Assembly (NCBI GenBank): GCA_000175855.1
Contig: ACYB01000047.1
Coordinates: forward strand, 30,001 to 62,000
Origin: Raphidiopsis brookii D9
Lineage (GTDB): Bacteria > Cyanobacteriota > Cyanobacteriia > Cyanobacteriales > Nostocaceae
DNA: 32,000 nt
Reading direction: 5' to 3'
The notes below the pieces were generated by a model. That model searched no databases, had not been told where the DNA came from, and was given only the letters and a program-made list of their open reading frames with translations. Made by a program: the position numbers and the translations under genes. This document shows, piece after piece, positions 22,918 through 31,860 of this stretch; position 1 is the stretch's first letter, and each line of letters starts with the position of its first letter.

Positions 22918-23463
22918 ATGAAAGTAAGCAAGACAGAAATTCCAGACGTGCTACTAATTGAACCGCAGGTTTTTGGTGATGAGCGGGGTTTTTTCTATGA
23001 GAGTTTTAATGAAAAGCTGTTTGCACAAAAAACGGGAATATCACCTCACTTTGTTCAGGATAATCACTCTCGCTCTGGCAAAAATGTGCTGCGAGGGTTA
23101 CACTATCAAATTCAGCAACCGCAAGGAAAATTAGTTCGTGTTACAGCTGGTGAAGTTTTTGATATTGCTGTTGATTTAAGGAAGAGTTCCCCTACCTTTT
23201 CTCAATGGGTAGGTGTGTATATATCATCAGCTAATAAGCATCAACTTTGGATTCCACCAGGTTTTGCCCATGGTTTTTTAGTCCTATCAGAATATGCAGA
23301 TTTCTTGTATAAAACTACGGATTACTACGCACAAAAATCTGAGCGGACTATTTTATGGAACGATCCAGATTTAGCTATTTCTTGGCCAATTGGGGATGAA
23401 CCAATAGTTTCTTCCAAGGATAAATCTGCTCAATTATTTTCCCAAGCGGAGGTTTACCCATGA
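22918..23463 (+). CDS. rfbC: dTDP-4-dehydrorhamnose 3,5-epimerase
   Basis: IEPQVFGDERGFFYESFNEKLF, VQDNHSRSGKNVLRGLHYQ, WIPPGFAHGFLVLSE. Confidence 0.95.
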   Translation: MKVSKTEIPDVLLIEPQVFGDERGFFYESFNEKLFAQKTGISPHFVQDNHSRSGKNVLRGLHYQIQQPQGKLVRVTAGEVFDIAVDLRKSSPTFSQWVGVYISSANKHQLWIPPGFAHGFLVLSEYADFLYKTTDYYAQKSERTILWNDPDLAISWPIGDEPIVSSKDKSAQLFSQAEVYP

Positions 23464-24371
23464 AAATTCTTTTAACTGGTATTTCTGGTCAGGTAGGTTG
23501 GGAATTACAACGCAGTTTGATGACTGTGGGGGATGTGATTTGTTTAGGGAGAAATGAATTAGACTTATCCCGATGTGAAACAATTACCTCCACAATTAGG
23601 GAGATAAAACCAGATTTAATTGTCAATCCTGCTGCTTATACTGCGGTGGATAGAGCAGAATCAGAACCAGATTTAGCTATGTCTATTAATGGTGTTGCTC
23701 CTGGTATTCTTGCTGAGGAAGCAAAAAGGTTAGGAGGTGCTATCATTCACTATTCTACCGATTATGTTTTTGATGGCAATCAAAATACTCCCTATAAGGA
23801 AAATGACTCAACCTTTCCACAAAATGTTTATGGAAAAACTAAGTTAGCAGGGGAAAAAGCTATTCAAGCTGTTGGCGTAAATCACCTGATTTTTCGTACT
23901 AGTTGGGTTTATGGTTTAAGAGGTAATAATTTTTTATTAACTATGCAAAGATTAGCCAAGGAAAGAGAAGAAATTCGAGTGGTTGATGACCAAATTGGAT
24001 CACCTACTTGGAGCAGAATGATCGCAGAAGTAACCGCCCAAATGATTGCCCAAATTCGCTGTCAAATGGTGATTTCAGGTGGTGATTATCTGGCTAATTT
24101 TATGGCTGAGAAAGGGGGAATATATCACCTATCCTCTGAGGGAAAAACCAGCTGGTACGGGTTTGCCAAAGCTATTCTCATCGATAAATTTGCTGATGAT
24201 CAATATGGTCAATACAAGTTACAAAGGTTAGTCCCAATCACTACACCAGAATATCCCACACCTGCACCTAGACCTGGTTATTCTCTATTAGACAACCAAA
24301 AATTATTTGATACTTTTGGTTTGAAAATATCAAATTGGCAACAAGTCTTAGGTTTGGCTCTCGATGGTTAG
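23460..24371 (+). CDS. rfbD: dTDP-4-dehydrorhamnose reductase (overlaps rfbC stop by 4 nt)
   Basis: MKILLTGISGQVGWELQR, NPAAYTAVDRAE, HYSTDYVFDG, YGKTKLAGE, RTSWVYG. Confidence 0.94.
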   Translation: MKILLTGISGQVGWELQRSLMTVGDVICLGRNELDLSRCETITSTIREIKPDLIVNPAAYTAVDRAESEPDLAMSINGVAPGILAEEAKRLGGAIIHYSTDYVFDGNQNTPYKENDSTFPQNVYGKTKLAGEKAIQAVGVNHLIFRTSWVYGLRGNNFLLTMQRLAKEREEIRVVDDQIGSPTWSRMIAEVTAQMIAQIRCQMVISGGDYLANFMAEKGGIYHLSSEGKTSWYGFAKAILIDKFADDQYGQYKLQRLVPITTPEYPTPAPRPGYSLLDNQKLFDTFGLKISNWQQVLGLALDG

Positions 24372-24396
24372 TTTATTAATCTTTTCTAACAATCTT

Positions 24397-25965
24397 TTAG
24401 TCTTCATCCTCCTCCTCTAAATCCAAATCACCATTTTCTAGAGACTGATGGGGAATAGCTGCAATAATAGCATCTATAACTTTAGAAACTTCTAATATTT
24501 CTATCTTTAAATCAGGAAACTTCTGTCCCTTGGGTATGATTGCTCGTTTAAATCCTAATTTTGCAGCTTCCTTTAATCTCAGCTCCATTTGGGATACTGA
24601 CCTTACTTGTCCCCCTAAACCTACTTCCCCTATTAATACTGTTTGCGGGTCAACTATTCTATCTCGAAAACTAGCAACAATCGCAACTGCAATCCCTAAA
24701 TCAACCGCAGGTTCTTCTACGCTTAAACCACCCGCAGACGCAACATAGGAGTCTAATTTTGACATGGGCACTCCCACTCGTTTTTCTAATACAGCTAAGA
24801 TTTGTACCAATCGGTTAAAATCCACACCTGTTCCAGCCCTGCGGGGTGAAGGATAACTTGTAGGACTAACTAAGGCTTGTAGTTCCACAACTATTGGTCT
24901 CGTACCTTCACAAGCAACTACAATAGCAGTACCAGGAGAAGGTTCATCCCGGTTTCCCAGGAATAACTCCGAGGGATTAGGGACTTCTCTTAACCCATTA
25001 GACACCATTTCGAATATACCAATTTCATGGGTAGCTCCGAAACGATTTTTTACAGTTCTTAATAATCTATGGGAAGCAAAGCGATCGCCCTCAAAATATA
25101 AAACCGTATCGACTAGGTGTTCTAAAACTCTTGGTCCAGCAATAGTTCCCTCTTTGGTAACATGACCCACAATTAACATGGTAATATCTTCATGTTTAGC
25201 CACTTTCATCAAAGCTGCGGTACATTCCCGAACTTGAGCTACAGAACCAGGAGCAGATGTGAGTGCAGGAAAGAAAACTGTTTGTATACTGTCAATTACT
25301 GCAAGATTTGGCTTGAGAGAGTCAATTTCTCGGAGAATTTCCTCTAAATCTGTTTCCGGAAGGACATACAAGTCAGAGCTGATGGTGTGGTGTTCCACGG
25401 TAACCCGGTGGTTATCTTCCACAGCATCCCCGACATTATTCCCCGGATCTGTTTCAGGTAGTGGGTGAGAACTTTCCGAGCTGGTATTGCTATCCTCCAT
25501 GGAAACCACCTGGAGAGGTTTGGACATCCCTAAACGAGAAGCGCGTAATTTTACCTGTTGTCCGGATTCTTCTCCGGTCACATAAAGAATACGATATCGC
25601 TGGGATAGTTCATTAGATACTTGGAGTAATAGAGTAGATTTGCCAATACCTGGATCTCCACCAATGAGAACCATAGATCCCGGAACCACACCACCACCAA
25701 GCACCCTATCCAATTCCGAATATCCCGATTCCCATCGAGCAATTTGGCGATCGCTAATTTGGTCAAAAGTCAGTGATGCTCTGGGTTTAGAAGGCTTAGT
25801 GGATTTAGCAGATGGTTGGGCGCTGTGCCAACCACCCACACCGAAGGAATTGGCATTTTGTTCCACGAGGGAATCATAAGTGTCACAATTAGAACATTTA
25901 CCAAACCATTGGGAAAACTCAGACCCACAATTGCTGCAAATAAAAATTGTCTTTGGCTTTGCCAT
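24397..25965 (-). CDS. radA: DNA repair protein RadA/Sms
   Basis: 522 aa; zinc finger CSNCGSEFSQWFGKCSNC; Walker A GGDPGIGKSTLLLQ; RTVKNRFGATHEIGIFEM (KNRFG motif); Lon-like C-terminal domain. Confidence 0.95.
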   Translation of the reverse strand: MAKPKTIFICSNCGSEFSQWFGKCSNCDTYDSLVEQNANSFGVGGWHSAQPSAKSTKPSKPRASLTFDQISDRQIARWESGYSELDRVLGGGVVPGSMVLIGGDPGIGKSTLLLQVSNELSQRYRILYVTGEESGQQVKLRASRLGMSKPLQVVSMEDSNTSSESSHPLPETDPGNNVGDAVEDNHRVTVEHHTISSDLYVLPETDLEEILREIDSLKPNLAVIDSIQTVFFPALTSAPGSVAQVRECTAALMKVAKHEDITMLIVGHVTKEGTIAGPRVLEHLVDTVLYFEGDRFASHRLLRTVKNRFGATHEIGIFEMVSNGLREVPNPSELFLGNRDEPSPGTAIVVACEGTRPIVVELQALVSPTSYPSPRRAGTGVDFNRLVQILAVLEKRVGVPMSKLDSYVASAGGLSVEEPAVDLGIAVAIVASFRDRIVDPQTVLIGEVGLGGQVRSVSQMELRLKEAAKLGFKRAIIPKGQKFPDLKIEILEVSKVIDAIIAAIPHQSLENGDLDLEEEDED

Positions 25966-26144
25966 GGGTAATATTAAAAAACATTAAAATTTGGTCAGAC
26001 CTAAGAAAAGGTAAAAGAGGCAAAACTAGTAAGTAGTAGAAATTGCTTTTTTAGCTTTTTTGAGTTAATAGGTAGAATGATATCTTAATATTATGTATGG
26101 TATGAAAATTCCGCAAAACAAAATTTAACGGAGAGTAGGAAAAC

Positions 26145-26873
26145 TTGGAAAGTAATAAGGAAAAAATCCTCGTAGTGGACGATGAAGCAAGCATTCGGCG
26201 GATTTTAGAAACACGCCTTTCCATGATTGGTTATGATGTGGTAACTGCAGGTGATGGAGAAGAGGCTTTGGAAACCTTCCGCAAAGCAAATCCGGATCTA
26301 GTAGTTTTAGACGTGATGATGCCTAAACTAGATGGATATGGAGTATGTCAAGAGCTGCGTAAAGAATCTGATGTCCCCATTATCATGCTTACAGCTTTAG
26401 GGGATGTAGCCGATCGGATTACAGGTTTAGAATTGGGTGCAGATGACTACGTAGTCAAACCCTTCTCCCCCAAGGAACTGGAAGCGCGGATTCGTTCAGT
26501 TTTACGTAGGGTTGATAAAAATGGGACTACTGGTATTCCCAGTTCCGGGGTCATTCATGTTGGCAATATCAAAATAGATACAAATAAGCGACAAGTTTAT
26601 AAAGGTGATGAACGGATTCGACTAACTGGTATGGAATTTAGTCTATTAGAATTATTAGTGAGTCGTTCTGGAGAAGCATTTTCCCGTTCTGAAATCTTAC
26701 AAGAGGTGTGGGGATATACACCAGAGCGTCATGTAGATACTCGGGTGGTAGATGTTCATATTTCTCGGTTGCGGGCTAAATTAGAAGACGATCCCAGTAA
26801 TCCAGAATTAATCTTAACTGCGAGGGGAACAGGTTATCTTTTTCAACGCATCCTGGAACCAGGGGAAGATTAA
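26145..26873 (+). CDS. rpaB: OmpR-family response regulator, RpaB/Ycf27 type
   Basis: 242 aa; KILVVDDEASIRRILETRLSMIGYDVVTAGDGEEALETFRKANPDLVVLDVMMPKLDGYGVCQELR; C-terminal winged-helix DNA-binding domain. Confidence 0.88.
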   Translation: MESNKEKILVVDDEASIRRILETRLSMIGYDVVTAGDGEEALETFRKANPDLVVLDVMMPKLDGYGVCQELRKESDVPIIMLTALGDVADRITGLELGADDYVVKPFSPKELEARIRSVLRRVDKNGTTGIPSSGVIHVGNIKIDTNKRQVYKGDERIRLTGMEFSLLELLVSRSGEAFSRSEILQEVWGYTPERHVDTRVVDVHISRLRAKLEDDPSNPELILTARGTGYLFQRILEPGED

Positions 26874-27522
26874 TGACTACTAAATCTGATCCAAATAGAA
26901 TTTTACGCCTTCTCCCCCTAGTAGTTGGAAGTCTGGGTACTGTACTGTTATTGGTCAATCGTGTGTTGACACCCCAGCTGACAGAATCTCAAGCTAGGGG
27001 GGATGTTTTGGGGGTGATACTCAGTGCAGTTTTAATCCTCACTGGACTAATTTGGCAACAAGTACAACCCAAATCCCCTGATACTGTGGAGTTGATTGGG
27101 AAAGAAGGATTTATTCTAGCATCAGATTTACCAGAAACAATCAAGACCGAATTGGCTTGGGCATCCCGTTTATTATTAACTAATACAGTTACGCGATCGC
27201 TCGTTGTTTATTATAAAGGTCAGGTTCTGTTAAGACGTGGAATTTTAGGTTCTAAAGCAGAGGTAACACCCGGACCGATATTAGAGAGAGTTCTGGGGAC
27301 TCAAAAACCAATTTATCTAGTTGCGCTCAGAGTTTACCCTGGCAAAATTGAATTTGATTATTTACCGGACAACACACAGGGTGTAATTTGTCAACCTATT
27401 GGTAAAGAGGGGTACTAATCCTAGGAGCAAATGCTCCCCGTAGCTATACAAAACAGGATGAAAATTGGATTGAGGGTATTGCGGACAAATTAGCAGTTAC
27501 CCTGGAAAACAGAACGGAGTAG
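26873..27522 (+). CDS. cofactor assembly of complex C subunit B-like protein (CCB family); track ORF ends prematurely at 27418 because of an apparent 1-nt deletion; restored frame ends at 27522
   Basis: MTTKSDPNRILRLLPLVVGSLGTVLLLVNRVLTP...; adding one G to the G4 run at 27409-27412 gives ...GKEGVLILGANAPRSYTKQDENWIEGIADKLAVTLENRTE*. Confidence 0.7.
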
Positions 27523-27604
27523 CAAACAAGCTAATTAGGTCTTGCTAAATAAATATAAAACCCAAAGCAACCGTCTATCTTATTCTCGACTTTTTCAGCG
27601 AACC

Positions 27605-27629
27605 CCAGGTATCATATAATTTTACCTGG
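27605..27629 (+). other. inverted repeat in psaK 5' region
   Basis: CCAGGT (27605-27610) ... ACCTGG (27624-27629), followed by CCCC...GGGG pairing potential (27650-27670 region). Confidence 0.4.
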
Positions 27630-27713
27630 TCTGCTATAGGCAAATCCTTCCCCGGTTTTATCTACTGGGGTTAGCCCTTATTATCCACTCACATTAGTCA
27701 AGGAGAATATCTA

Positions 27714-27977
27714 GTGTTAACCTCCACCCTACTTGCTGTTACCGCAACTGCTCCCCTAACCTGGAGCCCCAGTGTTGGCATTATTATGTTGGTGGCCAAT
27801 ATTTTTGCTGCTGCTTTCGGTAAATTTACTATCGAGTACCCCAGTGCACCACCCTCTACACCATCTGCTAATTTTTTTGGTGGATTCGGCATACCAGCGG
27901 TTCTGGCAACTACTGCTTTTGGCCATATTCTGGGAGCAGGTGTAATCTTGGGACTTCACAGCATCGGTAAAATTTAA
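27714..27977 (+). CDS. psaK: photosystem I reaction center subunit PsaK (GTG start, SD AAGGAG upstream)
   Basis: 87 aa; TWSPSVGIIMLVANIFAAAFGKFTIEYPSAPPSTPSANFFGGFGIPAVLATTAFGHILGAGVILGLHSIG. Confidence 0.93.
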   Translation: MLTSTLLAVTATAPLTWSPSVGIIMLVANIFAAAFGKFTIEYPSAPPSTPSANFFGGFGIPAVLATTAFGHILGAGVILGLHSIGKI

Positions 27978-28095
27978 TTCCTAGCACTTCCCAAACATTG
28001 ATAGCAGCTCGACAATACTCTAATCATTAGTTTTGCCCTGTCCACTATCAATGCTTGGGGTATTGAACCTAAATATCTCCTGAGCAATGGCTGGA

Positions 28096-28581
28096 TCAGG
28101 ACATGGACTGAATGATATAATCAAAGTACGGTTCGGTAGCTGCTGCATCCTCACCACTTAATAGGTCTAAGGATGCTTGTTTGAGGCAGTTAATAGCTTC
28201 TACCATACCTGGTACTGGAACACCCAGGGAATTGTACATTTCCCGTACACCAATCAGACCAATTTTTTCAATTGGGTCCTTGTCCCCAGCTAGAACTCCA
28301 TAAGTGATCAGGCGTAAATACCATCCGAAATCACGGATACATAGAGAACGCTGTTTATCACCGTAGGCATTGCCACCCGGAGAAATAAAGTCAGGGCGCT
28401 TTTGCCAGAGTTTTTTGGTAGCTTCCTGAACAATCTTTTTTTCGTTTTCCGCTAGGGTAGCAGCGATTCTTGTTCGCTGAACTCCTGTTTGAAAAAAATC
28501 TTTGATGCTTTTTAGTTCGCCACTGCTAGGGTAACGCAGTTCATCATCGGCTTGTAGAATAACTTGGCTAATTACGGTCAT
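28096..28581 (-). CDS. apcD: allophycocyanin-B alpha subunit
   Basis: 161 aa; [51 protein letters not shown] ... [23 protein letters not shown] (chromophore Cys). Confidence 0.92.
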   Translation of the reverse strand: MTVISQVILQADDELRYPSSGELKSIKDFFQTGVQRTRIAATLAENEKKIVQEATKKLWQKRPDFISPGGNAYGDKQRSLCIRDFGWYLRLITYGVLAGDKDPIEKIGLIGVREMYNSLGVPVPGMVEAINCLKQASLDLLSGEDAAATEPYFDYIIQSMS

Positions 28582-28686
28582 GATTATGTAATCACGGAAA
28601 ATATATTATTTCCTATTTTAACCATTTTTGGGTGCAGAAGTGAAGGGTGAACCTGAGTATGGTTGGTATTGTAAAATGTAGTAATA

Positions 28687-30057
28687 GTGATAGTAATGAA
28701 TGATATAGTTTGGCAACAGGGGAAAATTATAGAGCTGGAAATTTCCGATCTCAACGACGATGGGGAAGGTGTGGGAAGGTTTGAAGGTAGAGTTGTTTTT
28801 GTCCCCCATACTGTGGTGGGCGATCGCCTGCTGGTTCGTTTACTCAGGGTGAGGAATAAATATGCCCATGGGGTTGTCACGGCTATATTCCAACCTTCTT
28901 TGCAAAGAACTCGTCCCCAATGTATTGTTGCTGATAAATGTGGAGGTTGTCAATGGCAACACATAAGTTATGAATATCAATTACAGGTTAAGCAAAACCA
29001 GGTAATTCAGGCTTTAGAAAGAATTGGCAATTTTGTTAACCCACCAGTAGCACCAGTTTTAACCACAAATTCACCCTTGGGTTATCGTAATAAAGCTACT
29101 TATCCTATAAAAACTTCGTCTACAGGACAAGTTCAAGCTGGTTACTATCAAAAAGGCACTCATTTACTAATTAATTTAAATCAGTGTCCAGTACAAGACC
29201 CTCGATTAAATCCCCTATTGACGGAAATTAAACAGGATATTCAAAAGCAAGGTTGGTCAGTATATGATGAGAATCGTCATCAAGGGGAAATTCGCCATCT
29301 GGGTTTACGGATTGGTCGTTATACAGGGGAAATTCTGTTGACCCTAGTAGTCAAAAATGGTCAGTTACCGGGAATTGAAATCCAAGCACAGGAATGGTTA
29401 CACCGTTACCCTCAATTGGTGGGAATTTGTTTGAATCATAATGGCGATCGCACAAATGCCATATTTGGAAGGGTAACAACCTGCATTGCAGGAGTCCCCT
29501 ATCTTAGGGAACGATTTGCTGGATTGGAATTTAAGGTGCGACCGGACACTTTTTTTCAAGTTTACACTGAAACAGCAGAAGCACTTCTAGAGGTAATTCA
29601 ATCACAACTGAATTTACAGGGTGATGAAATTCTTGTTGATGCTTATTGTGGTATTGGTACTTTAACTCTACCACTAGCAAAACAGGCACGTCAGACTATT
29701 GGCTTAGAAATACAACCAGCAGCAGTAGAGCAAGCTATATGCAATGCTCAACATAACGGAATCATTAATGCCAAATTCCAAATAGGAGCAGTAGAGGATA
29801 TTTTACCCAAATTAGAGACAGTGCCAGACATTGTCCTTCTTGATCCACCACGCAAGGGATGTGAATCCATCGTACTAGAATCCCTACTAAAGCTAAAACC
29901 TAAGAAAATAGCTTATATAAGTTGTAAAGCATCCACTTTAGCTCGTGACTTGAGCTTATTATGTGCCAGTAGCGAGTATAAGCTAAAAAAGGTGCAACCA
30001 GCGGACTTTTTCCCTCACACACCCCATGTAGAAACAGTGGCCTTTCTAGAAAGATGA
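28687..30057 (+). CDS. rlmD: 23S rRNA (uracil(1939)-C(5))-methyltransferase RlmD-like (RumA/TrmA family)
   Basis: 456 aa; TRAM-like N-term, Fe-S motif CIVADKCGGCQWQH, VDAYCGIGTLTLPLA, VLLDPPRKGCE, YISCKASTLARDL. Confidence 0.88.
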   Translation: MIVMNDIVWQQGKIIELEISDLNDDGEGVGRFEGRVVFVPHTVVGDRLLVRLLRVRNKYAHGVVTAIFQPSLQRTRPQCIVADKCGGCQWQHISYEYQLQVKQNQVIQALERIGNFVNPPVAPVLTTNSPLGYRNKATYPIKTSSTGQVQAGYYQKGTHLLINLNQCPVQDPRLNPLLTEIKQDIQKQGWSVYDENRHQGEIRHLGLRIGRYTGEILLTLVVKNGQLPGIEIQAQEWLHRYPQLVGICLNHNGDRTNAIFGRVTTCIAGVPYLRERFAGLEFKVRPDTFFQVYTETAEALLEVIQSQLNLQGDEILVDAYCGIGTLTLPLAKQARQTIGLEIQPAAVEQAICNAQHNGIINAKFQIGAVEDILPKLETVPDIVLLDPPRKGCESIVLESLLKLKPKKIAYISCKASTLARDLSLLCASSEYKLKKVQPADFFPHTPHVETVAFLER

Positions 30058-30380
30058 ACCAACAAAAAAGAAAAATAATAATAATGAAAAAACAGCTTGT
30101 CTATTGGGTGATAGTGATGCTAGGATGAGAGAAAGATAAGGAATGAAGTCCTTGCATATCAGCAGGATTAATTAATTATCGAAAACATTAGAAATTGGCT
30201 CCAACCAGGTGCAGTTTTCCTATGAATGACCAATTACAGTTATCTAGTACAGAGTCTAATTATGAATAAGTTTAAATAGGTTTTGTGTAAAGGTGAGCAT
30301 CGAAACAGCGAGTATCGGAAAAGCGCGTATTAAAACAGAAAATTAATGTCTAGCTAACCAAAAGCTACGGGGTTTCTCTT

Positions 30381-30851
30381 GTGATTACCATTTCTCTCAG
30401 ACTATTGGGGCGTTCTTGGGGCACTATTAGTTTTGCCTCAACCCTTTATTTATGTCCGATACTGGATCTACTATTAGCAGATATTCCGAAAAATCTACAG
30501 CCAGAAATTAGGCTAGGACTACAAGAAGCCCTAGTGAATGCAGCCAAGCATGGAAATAATCTAGATCCTGGTAAGTTGGTAGTGGTGCGTTTTTCCTTTA
30601 CAGATAATCAGTATTGGTGGACCATATCAGACCAAGGTAATGGATTTACACCCTGTTATCATAAACTAAGCGATTCCAGCGATTATTTGCCACCAGATGA
30701 ATCAGAGAGCGGGAGGGGTATGAGCTTATTACATCAAATATTTGATCAAGTAGAGTGGAACCATAAAGGAACAGAACTAAGACTGTGTAAGCAGGTAGAA
30801 ATTAGGAGGTTTTGGCATGCAAACCTGGTTCCGGTTTTGGGCTATAAGTGA
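30381..30851 (+). CDS. anti-sigma regulatory factor / HATPase_c (RsbW-like) protein, GTG start
   Basis: 156 aa; EIRLGLQEALVNAAKHGNNLDPGK, WWTISDQGNGF, SGRGMSLLHQIFDQVEWNHKGTELRL. Confidence 0.85.
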   Translation: MITISLRLLGRSWGTISFASTLYLCPILDLLLADIPKNLQPEIRLGLQEALVNAAKHGNNLDPGKLVVVRFSFTDNQYWWTISDQGNGFTPCYHKLSDSSDYLPPDESESGRGMSLLHQIFDQVEWNHKGTELRLCKQVEIRRFWHANLVPVLGYK

Positions 30852-31099
30852 CGACTGGGACAAGGAGGAGCAGATATGGACTTATCCAACCAACCCACAG
30901 CCTGATTTAACCTAGCTTGAGCTTCCAAGGGTTCATTTTTGACCAAAAACACCATTGCTGCAGCCACAAGCTCACTGGCCCGGGCATTGCGGTGGGATTT
31001 GAGACGATGCCAATCATCGGGAGAGATGCTTAATTTTCCCATCAAAGCCTGAGCCAATTCCAGGGTGCTGTAATTATTTAACTCACTGTTTAAAGACAT
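30842..31099 (-). CDS. small conserved-looking cyanobacterial hypothetical protein (85 aa)
   Basis: MSLNSELNNYSTLELAQALMGKLSISPDDWHRLKSHRNARASELVAAAMVFLVKNEPLEAQARLNQAVGWLDKSISAPPCPSRHL; 10-nt tail-to-tail overlap with preceding gene. Confidence 0.65.
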   Translation of the reverse strand: MSLNSELNNYSTLELAQALMGKLSISPDDWHRLKSHRNARASELVAAAMVFLVKNEPLEAQARLNQAVGWLDKSISAPPCPSRHL

Positions 31100-31162
31100 A
31101 ATACTTAAAGCCTAATAGATACTAGCTATTATAGCGAACAATCCAACACCAGTCCATAAGTA

Positions 31163-31496
31163 ATGACTAACCCAGAGGGAAAAGAGATTGAGCAACAACT
31201 AGAGCAGTTAGAAAACGAACTAATGCTGTTAAAACAAAGATATAGTCAAATAGAAAGGGATCAACAAAAAAAAAGCTGAATGGCAACAAAAAGCCAAAGA
31301 TATCCAACAGGCTAAAAACCGGACTGAGGAGATGAGATTTGAGCTTAGGCGTATAGAAAAAGAGATAGAACTAATAGAAATTAATTTAGAAAGTAAATTA
31401 ATTTCTTGGAGAAGTCTAAACAAACCCTTTTGGCAAGTTATTCGATTTGGTGGACTAGGCATTCTTATAGGTTGGTGGTTAAAATCATGGATGTGA
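31163..31496 (+). CDS. small coiled-coil protein with C-terminal hydrophobic/TM segment, frame interrupted by apparent +1 in an A9 run (31266-31274)
   Basis: With one A removed: MTNPEGKEIEQQLEQLENELMLLKQRYSQIERDQQKKAEWQQKAKDIQQAKNRTEEMRFELRRIEKEIELIEINLESKLISWRSLNKPFWQVIRFGGLGILIGWWLKSWM* (110 aa). As written it stops at DQQKKS*. Confidence 0.6.
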
Positions 31497-31500
31497 ATTA

Positions 31501-31719
31501 GCGAGTTCCGTAAGGTGTCAGATCATAGTTGCAAATCAGGAATCTTTATCACCTCAACAAGAATTAGTGGAAGACCTAATGGCAATTATCCACTGCTTTT
31601 CTTGTCGATTGTACGAATTGAGGAATTACTCCAAATAAATTAAGGATAATCTCAAAAATGCTATTGACAAACCTGCACGAGATATGTCAGGTTTAGAAAA
31701 CAAAGAAATACATTGCTAA
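31501..31719 (+). pseudogene. C-terminal remnant of IS607-type serine recombinase (TnpA), with internal TAA at 31636-31638
   Basis: ASSVRCQIIVANQESLSPQQELVEDLMAIIHCFSCRLYELRNYSK*IKDNLKNAIDKPARDMSGLENKEIHC*; the ELVEDLMAIIHCFSCRLY block resembles the C-terminus of IS607-family resolvase-like transposases. Confidence 0.7.
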
Positions 31720-31728
31720 GGATGAGTA

Positions 31729-31857
31729 ATGCTTTTATCTATCAAAACAAAACTCAAGTTAAATAAAACCCAGGAAATATTAATGGCTGTTCAGCCATTA
31801 ATAGCAAGTGCTAAGGCGCACAGCAAAGCTATACATAGTAAAAGAACCCAATTGTAG
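31729..31857 (+). pseudogene. N-terminal fragment of TnpB (OrfB) followed by unrelated sequence
   Basis: MLLSIKTKLKLNKTQEILMAVQPLIASAKAHSKAIHSKRTQL*; first ~20 aa match the typical start of cyanobacterial TnpB/OrfB proteins. Confidence 0.6.
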
Positions 31858-31860
31858 AAA

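Larger units (their letters stand above)
31501..31857 (+). mobile_element. degraded IS607-like element (tnpA tail + truncated tnpB head)
   Basis: Adjacent tnpA-like tail and tnpB-like N-terminus in the order typical of IS607-family elements. Confidence 0.6.

Noticed and set aside
24530-25879. Plus-strand ORFs antisense to radA and the 62-aa minus ORF 25578..25766
   Set aside because: Overlap a confidently identified radA frame; no start context or domain signatures.
27698-27959. Two minus-strand ORFs antisense to psaK
   Set aside because: psaK is recognisable on the plus strand with SD and GTG start; the antisense ORFs look like by-products.
28584-28880. Plus 98-aa and minus 63-aa ORFs across the apcD/rlmD divergent region
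   Set aside because: Overlap the rlmD N-terminus and promoter; composition reflects AT-rich repeats (GTAATA/GTGATA-like), not coding.
30061-30380. Possible short coding remnants upstream of the anti-sigma factor gene (MKKQLVYWVIVMLG*, MNDQLQLSSTESNYE*)
   Set aside because: Very short, without shared frame or recognisable homology; not supportable as genes.
31229-31462. 77-aa minus-strand ORF
   Set aside because: Antisense to the restored coiled-coil/TM gene, which has better coding character once one A is removed.
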